This document shows positions 40,645-45,695 of a stretch of 45,695 nt of DNA, piece after piece. Positions within the stretch are counted from its first letter, which is position 1, and the number at the start of each line of letters is the position of its first letter. The notes below the pieces were generated by a model that was not told the DNA's origin, made no database searches, and saw nothing but the letters and a program-made list of their open reading frames with translations. Both the position numbers and the translations under genes were made by a program. Source of the DNA: a bacterium (GTDB lineage Bacteria > JAMOTN01); NCBI GenBank assembly GCA_027062325.1, contig JAMOTN010000025.1, positions 1 through 45,695 on the forward strand, written 5' to 3'.

Positions 40645-41186
40645 TTTCCACTTTTCCATAGCAAGCTGTATATTTTGAAGCTATACAATGAGTCAATGTA
40701 AAAAATCAATATTTAACTTTAAATCAACTGCTTTAATTTTCTCTTTGATAAATTTTTCTTTACTTTTTTAAAATAAATTTAACAGTTTAGGAAATTTTTT
40801 CGTCTAAAATTAGATCAAACCAAAATAATAGAAGCACTGGAAATAGATAAGAAACACAACAAATATTTCAGAGTAAAAAATTTTAGCTTAATTTTAGCTT
40901 AAAATTTCAACCCAACCTCTGACAAAAGGCTTTGTCCTTACATTTAACCACAATAAAACTAATAAAACAAAATTTAATACAAAAATCCAAAAATTTACAA
41001 CCTAGAAGTAAATCCAGAAGAAATTTTTCACAAAATCTTTTACAAAAGACCATTTACACAAGAATTATTTAAACAAATTTCTTTCCAATATATTTCTCCC
41101 CAATATATCTCGTAAAACATATTTTGATATCTTGAAGCCGTTTAAATTGGAATTAACTCAAAACCAATTAAAAACAAAATAAAATA

Positions 41187-42317
41187 TTAAACAACTTTTT
41201 CAAATATTTTTATCACACTTAGAAAATTTTCTTGCCTCTCTTCTCCAACTAATTTAATTGCTCTTTTAGAGAAAACATTCCACTCAACAGGATTCTTTAA
41301 AACTTTTCTCAACAATCTATACAAATGCTCTAAATCACCGTAATCAACACTTAATCCCATATACTCAACGTCTCCCATACCTTTTACCTTCCAACCAACA
41401 GTAGGAGTACCAAAACTAGCCGCCTCCAAAACGCTCAACGGATGAGCCTCAGCCCTCGACAGAAGAAGATGAACCTTACTTTTTGCATAAAGACTAAACA
41501 ATCTTTCCCTCTCAACGTATCCCAAATACTTTACCCAACCCAAATTATCAATTCTTCTTAACTGCTCCTCATATCTCTTATCTCCACTCCCTGCAACAAC
41601 CACATTAAAATCCCTAAATTCTTCACACAAAGCTATAAGAGTATCGACATCTTTAGGTTCGGCTAATCTAGAAGCCCAAAGTATATCTATATTTCTATCG
41701 GTAAATTTATTTAACCTAATCCCCTCATTAATATTTTCATAATTAAACATCCCAAAATTCTTTACCAAATAGGCTTTTTTCACTCCTAAATCATTCAACC
41801 ACTTCCAATCATCCTCATTAACACATATGAAAGCATCAGTACACTTAATTAATATTTTCTCAATTAACTCATAAATTTTGGAAATACCAGGTCTTTTAAA
41901 GTAAAATCCGTGTACGTGATACACCACTTTAGGATAATTTTCTCCTCCACTCCACAACCCTTTTTCAAAAAAAGTTCTGAAAAATACAGCTAACCTTACC
42001 AAGGCAGCCATTTTCGAAGTGTGTACATGAATCACATCAGGAGAGGAGATTTCTATCACTTTCAGCATCTTAAAGAATGAAATTACATCTTTTAAACCAA
42101 CCTCATAGGGAAAATTCAAATTATAAACCTTTCTAACCAACCCTTCATCAAGCACCTTTCTCAAAAAATCACCATTTTTTGCTACCACTAATTCTACATC
42201 TAAATGTTTAAAAATTCCTTCAAGGTCCACTTTCTTCAACCATTTTAAAAAATTGTATATCCAAACCTGAGCTCCTGCAAACTGCCCATCAAATACAACC
42301 TCTAAAATCTTCATCAC
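41187..42317 (-). CDS. glycosyltransferase family 4 (GT-B)
   Basis: GAQ, PDVIHVHTSK, YHVHG, SRL..PK, VAGSG, S.AEAHPLSVLEA (Ex7E), G.P.V motifs. Confidence 0.88.
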   Translation of the reverse strand: MMKILEVVFDGQFAGAQVWIYNFLKWLKKVDLEGIFKHLDVELVVAKNGDFLRKVLDEGLVRKVYNLNFPYEVGLKDVISFFKMLKVIEISSPDVIHVHTSKMAALVRLAVFFRTFFEKGLWSGGENYPKVVYHVHGFYFKRPGISKIYELIEKILIKCTDAFICVNEDDWKWLNDLGVKKAYLVKNFGMFNYENINEGIRLNKFTDRNIDILWASRLAEPKDVDTLIALCEEFRDFNVVVAGSGDKRYEEQLRRIDNLGWVKYLGYVERERLFSLYAKSKVHLLLSRAEAHPLSVLEAASFGTPTVGWKVKGMGDVEYMGLSVDYGDLEHLYRLLRKVLKNPVEWNVFSKRAIKLVGEERQENFLSVIKIFEKVV

Positions 42318-42402
42318 AACGCCCCCACTCTAAAACCTCTGTCCAAAACTTAAATCACATTTTATCTCACCTACTCCAAAACTATTAACAAAAATAAGAC
42401 AC

Positions 42403-42440
42403 AAAATCAAAAAGGGCGGAGCATTATTGCCCCGCCCTTC
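42403..42440 (-). terminator. intrinsic terminator downstream of gdhA
   Basis: Minus strand AAGGGCGGGGCA-ATAA-TGCTCCGCCCTT hairpin followed by a T-rich tract. Confidence 0.8.
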
Positions 42441-42462
42441 AAATACTACCCTTAACTACATA

Positions 42463-43746
42463 CTAAGCATAAAGCCCTCTCATTCTTGTGACTTCCGCAA
42501 CTCTGCTTATAGCAAGGATGTAAGCTGCTTCTCTCATAGGCACATCGTATTCGTTCATCATACGGACTATATCATCAAATGACTGATCCATTATAATTTT
42601 CAACCTTTCTCTTACCTCTTCCAAGGTCCAATAGAACCCTTGTCTATTCTGCACCCACTCAAAGTAACTTACAGTAACTCCTCCTGCATTTGCATATATG
42701 TCTGGAACAATCAACTTTCCCTTACTAACTAGATATTCCTCAGCTACAGGAGTTGTTGGACCATTTGCAGCCTCAATTATAACCTGCGCCTTAATATCCT
42801 TCATAATATCACTTGTAATAGAATTTTCCAACGCCGCTGGAATCAATATATCCACATCTGCCGTCAAAACTCTCAAGTTTCCTTCCTTAACATTCTCAAC
42901 TATCTCCACATCGCTCATACCTGCTGCTGCCTTTACAACAGATTTCGTCTCCTGCACCTTTTCAAACAGTGTTGGAATATCAATTCTATCACCTTTCGCA
43001 AACACAGCCCCCGTTGCATCAGAAACTGCAACGATCTTTGCACCATGCTCATGCAAGAAAAGTGCAGCATGCGAACCAACATTACCAAAACCTTGAATTG
43101 CAATCTTGGCACCAACCAAGTTTATTCCCTTATGCTCAGCTGCTCTCATAGCCACATAATAAACTCCACGCCCTGTTGCTTCAGGTCTTCCACGACTTCC
43201 TCCAAGAACTCCCGGCTTTCCAGTAACTACAGCATTTTCTGTTCTTCCAATATGCATGCTGTAAGTATCCATTATCCAAGCCATCTCACGTGGCCCAGTG
43301 TTAACATCAGGAGCAGGAACATCCTCTTCCGGTCCTATTATCTTTATAATCTCTGCAGTGTAACGCCTTGTAAGCCTCTCTATTTCACCAACGCTCAACT
43401 TTGAAGGATCAACGGCAATTCCACCTTTAGCTCCACCAAATGGAATATTAACAACTGCGGTTTTCCACGTCATCCATTCCGCAAGAGCTGTCACCTCATC
43501 CAAAGTAACTGCTGGGTGAAATCTTATTCCACCCTTACCCGGACCTCTCGCTATATTGTATATAACACGGTGTCCAGTAAACACCTTTACACTTCCATCA
43601 TCCATCTCAACCGGAACAGAAACTGTAACCTGAATTTTAGGCTTACTCAAAATCTCTTTCAAACCAGGATCCAATTTCATGATGTCTGCAGCTTTTTCAA
43701 ATTGCTGAAGAGCAATTTCTCTGGGATTCAAACTTTCTGCGCTCAT
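42463..43746 (-). CDS. gdhA: glutamate dehydrogenase (Glu/Leu/Phe/Val dehydrogenase family)
   Basis: GPGKGGIRFHP, PFGGAKGG, DVPAPDVNT, VTGKP..LGGS.GR.EATG, QGFGNVG, EAANGP, ANAGGVTVSYFEWVQN. Confidence 0.93.
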   Translation of the reverse strand: MSAESLNPREIALQQFEKAADIMKLDPGLKEILSKPKIQVTVSVPVEMDDGSVKVFTGHRVIYNIARGPGKGGIRFHPAVTLDEVTALAEWMTWKTAVVNIPFGGAKGGIAVDPSKLSVGEIERLTRRYTAEIIKIIGPEEDVPAPDVNTGPREMAWIMDTYSMHIGRTENAVVTGKPGVLGGSRGRPEATGRGVYYVAMRAAEHKGINLVGAKIAIQGFGNVGSHAALFLHEHGAKIVAVSDATGAVFAKGDRIDIPTLFEKVQETKSVVKAAAGMSDVEIVENVKEGNLRVLTADVDILIPAALENSITSDIMKDIKAQVIIEAANGPTTPVAEEYLVSKGKLIVPDIYANAGGVTVSYFEWVQNRQGFYWTLEEVRERLKIIMDQSFDDIVRMMNEYDVPMREAAYILAISRVAEVTRMRGLYA

Positions 43747-43830
43747 AAATGTTCCCTCCTTGCAAGTTTTATCGAGCCGGCCTTTTTTCCAGCCCCTTAA
43801 TTAAGTGGTAAAACAAAGGACAGCATTTTG

Positions 43831-44106
43831 TCAATTTTTACCCCACACTCCCGTCACGTATATTATTACCGGTATAACCGAAAATACGAACAAAATCATC
43901 ACTATAAACCAGTTTGGAATATTATAACTGCTCAAATTTTCACCAATTTTCTTTTCAATAGTTATAATAAAATCCTCTATTATGTCACTTACCCTCAATA
44001 TTTTCCCTACAAATGAAGAGCTTCTCTCCTCTACTCTACTCTCTACAACTTCTTCTTTAATTTCTAAGTTAACCTTTTCAACCTTATTTGATTCTTTATT
44101 AACCAT
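43831..44106 (-). CDS. small protein with C-terminal TM helix
   Basis: RBS AGGAGAGG, charged N-terminus, hydrophobic WFIVMILFVFSVIPVIIYV. Confidence 0.6.
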   Translation of the reverse strand: MVNKESNKVEKVNLEIKEEVVESRVEERSSSFVGKILRVSDIIEDFIITIEKKIGENLSSYNIPNWFIVMILFVFSVIPVIIYVTGVWGKN

Positions 44107-44138
44107 TCTAACCCTCTCCTTTTAATGCAATCTATACT

Positions 44139-45695
44139 TCACCATATCTTTTTATGTAACTCCGAAAGCAGCTCCTTTGCCCTTTCAACAATCTCAGATT
44201 TTGCAGAAGGATTTCTAACAATACGCAACAATTCTTCCATTGCTTCATCTTCAAGACCTCTATCTATGTAAGTTTTAGCAAGGGCAAACCTAACTTCTGG
44301 ATCCTCTTTGATATCAAGAGCCTGCTTATAATAATCAACAGCTTCCGAAAACATCATCTTTTTTCTCAAAATTTCAGCAGCTCTCACATACGCTTCAAAA
44401 CATTTTTTATTCTTTTCTATGACATCAAAATACAAACTCAACGCCTCAGTCAAAGCTCCTCTATTCTCAACAAGTTTTGCCTTCAAAAGTACTGCCTCTT
44501 CAGAAAATTCATTCTCATCTAAACTCTCCAAAATTTCAAAAGCCTTTATTTCATCTCCCAACTTGAAGTAAAGTCTTGCTTTCAACAATTTCGCCTTAAC
44601 ATCTTCTTTTCTCACACTGTTAACAACCATCAAAGCATCCTTATATTTTCCTTCCTTTTCTAGAATTTCAGCAAGTTTACAGTAAAATTTAACCTTTTCC
44701 TCCTCGTTTAAATACTCTGCCCTAGTAACATCATTCAGCACATCCTTCAACTCATCGTTTAATCCCTCTTCCTCCAAGTAAGAAACAAGCCTATTTAAAA
44801 TCTCAACATTATCCGGCCACTTATCCCGCGCTTTTCTTAGTCTTAAAATTGCATCAGCCTTTAAACCTTTTGAATACAAAATTTCAACTCTAAGTAGCTC
44901 AACATCCGGCGTATCAACTCCAGCCCTATCTAACATTTCCAGAGCATCGTCAAACCTCTCCTGCAACACATAAAGTTTAGCCAATCTTATCCTTATACTT
45001 GGATCATCTTTAAGCTCTAGAACTTTTCTCAAAATGTATATAGCATCAGAAACCTTTCCCCTGCTTTCGTAAAAGTCCGCAAATTCCAGCATCACCTTAC
45101 CATTACTATACTGAATCACCTTTTTGTAATACAATTCCGCATCATCATTATTCCCCATCTTAGCATGAAGCCTTGCCATAAATAAATCTACTTTCCAACC
45201 TAAGTTTTCAAGATTTTTAAATATAGTTGCCGCTTCCCACAAACCCCTATTCATCTTTTCCACAGCTTCAAAAAATAAGCGAGCTTCATCAAATATAAGC
45301 TTTTCCGGTATATCAAAATCCTCCTGCCTGTACACTTTTATCATTGCCACAAGTAACTTACTCAAATCTGAGTTGTCCAACGAAAATTTCATTGCTTCTT
45401 CATAATAGCCTAGCACAAAAGAAAGGTAACTCTTTACAAGACCATCCTGCACAACCTCATAAGCCCTATCCGGAGGCAGATAGCGAGCTACCTCAATCCA
45501 CCACTCACGTGTATTCTCAATCTCTGCTAAGCGAACAACCGCCTCCTCAACCAAGTTGGCACTACCACTTTTTTTACCAACTTCGTACAATATTAGGTAT
45601 TTATCCTTACCCTCCAGTCTATTTGCAAGATCTACCGCTTCCTTCCACATCCTATTCTCCAAACTCACTCTTGCTAGCTTCTCCACTATATCTTT
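44139..45695 (-). CDS. TPR-repeat protein, probably 5'-truncated by the window edge
   Basis: Many TPR repeats (A.L....G..D.A...Y); reading frame stays open from GTG 45686 to the window end. Confidence 0.75.
   Translation of the reverse strand, partial: KDIVEKLARVSLENRMWKEAVDLANRLEGKDKYLILYEVGKKSGSANLVEEAVVRLAEIENTREWWIEVARYLPPDRAYEVVQDGLVKSYLSFVLGYYEEAMKFSLDNSDLSKLLVAMIKVYRQEDFDIPEKLIFDEARLFFEAVEKMNRGLWEAATIFKNLENLGWKVDLFMARLHAKMGNNDDAELYYKKVIQYSNGKVMLEFADFYESRGKVSDAIYILRKVLELKDDPSIRIRLAKLYVLQERFDDALEMLDRAGVDTPDVELLRVEILYSKGLKADAILRLRKARDKWPDNVEILNRLVSYLEEEGLNDELKDVLNDVTRAEYLNEEEKVKFYCKLAEILEKEGKYKDALMVVNSVRKEDVKAKLLKARLYFKLGDEIKAFEILESLDENEFSEEAVLLKAKLVENRGALTEALSLYFDVIEKNKKCFEAYVRAAEILRKKMMFSEAVDYYKQALDIKEDPEVRFALAKTYIDRGLEDEAMEELLRIVRNPSAKSEIVERAKELLSELHKKIW

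Noticed and set aside
40343-41186. Replication origin (oriC)
   Set aside because: No perfect DnaA box seen (best TTAACCACA near 40944), no dnaA/dnaN adjacent, and strand skew and gene orientation do not flip across the region.

Overview
Chromosomal window from an AT-rich, probably thermophilic and anaerobic bacterium of a divergent lineage (GC-rich rRNA in an AT-rich genome, K/E/V/I-rich proteins, NfnAB- and NrdD-family genes). Left end: a complete minus-strand 16S-23S-5S rRNA operon with a very short, tRNA-less spacer. Then housekeeping genes (galE, DUF364, triple-receiver protein, nitrilase, DJ-1/PfpI, nucleoside kinase, MTA phosphorylase, NfnAB). Highlights: (1) an atypical type III-A-like CRISPR-Cas effector locus (22.3-31 kb) split into two divergent arms, with an HD-less but GGDD-intact Cas10, two Csm3 genes, a Csm5 with a C-terminal extension resembling a second Csm2/Cas11, a Cas6 with a degenerate G-loop, and a small operon of a 2-TM protein plus a DUF1874 (Crn2/AcrIII-1) ring nuclease. 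No array, cas1/cas2 or recognisable CARF effector lies in the window. (2) A full-length class III ribonucleotide reductase homolog that appears to lack its glycyl-radical Gly and catalytic Cys residues but keeps its NrdH-like partner. (3) A YmdB-GAF-HD-GYP double phosphodiesterase fusion coupled to a CHASE2-GAF-GGDEF cyclase. (4) A perfect parS site over the start of a split two-gene NAD synthetase. All calls come from motif reading by eye; no searches were run.
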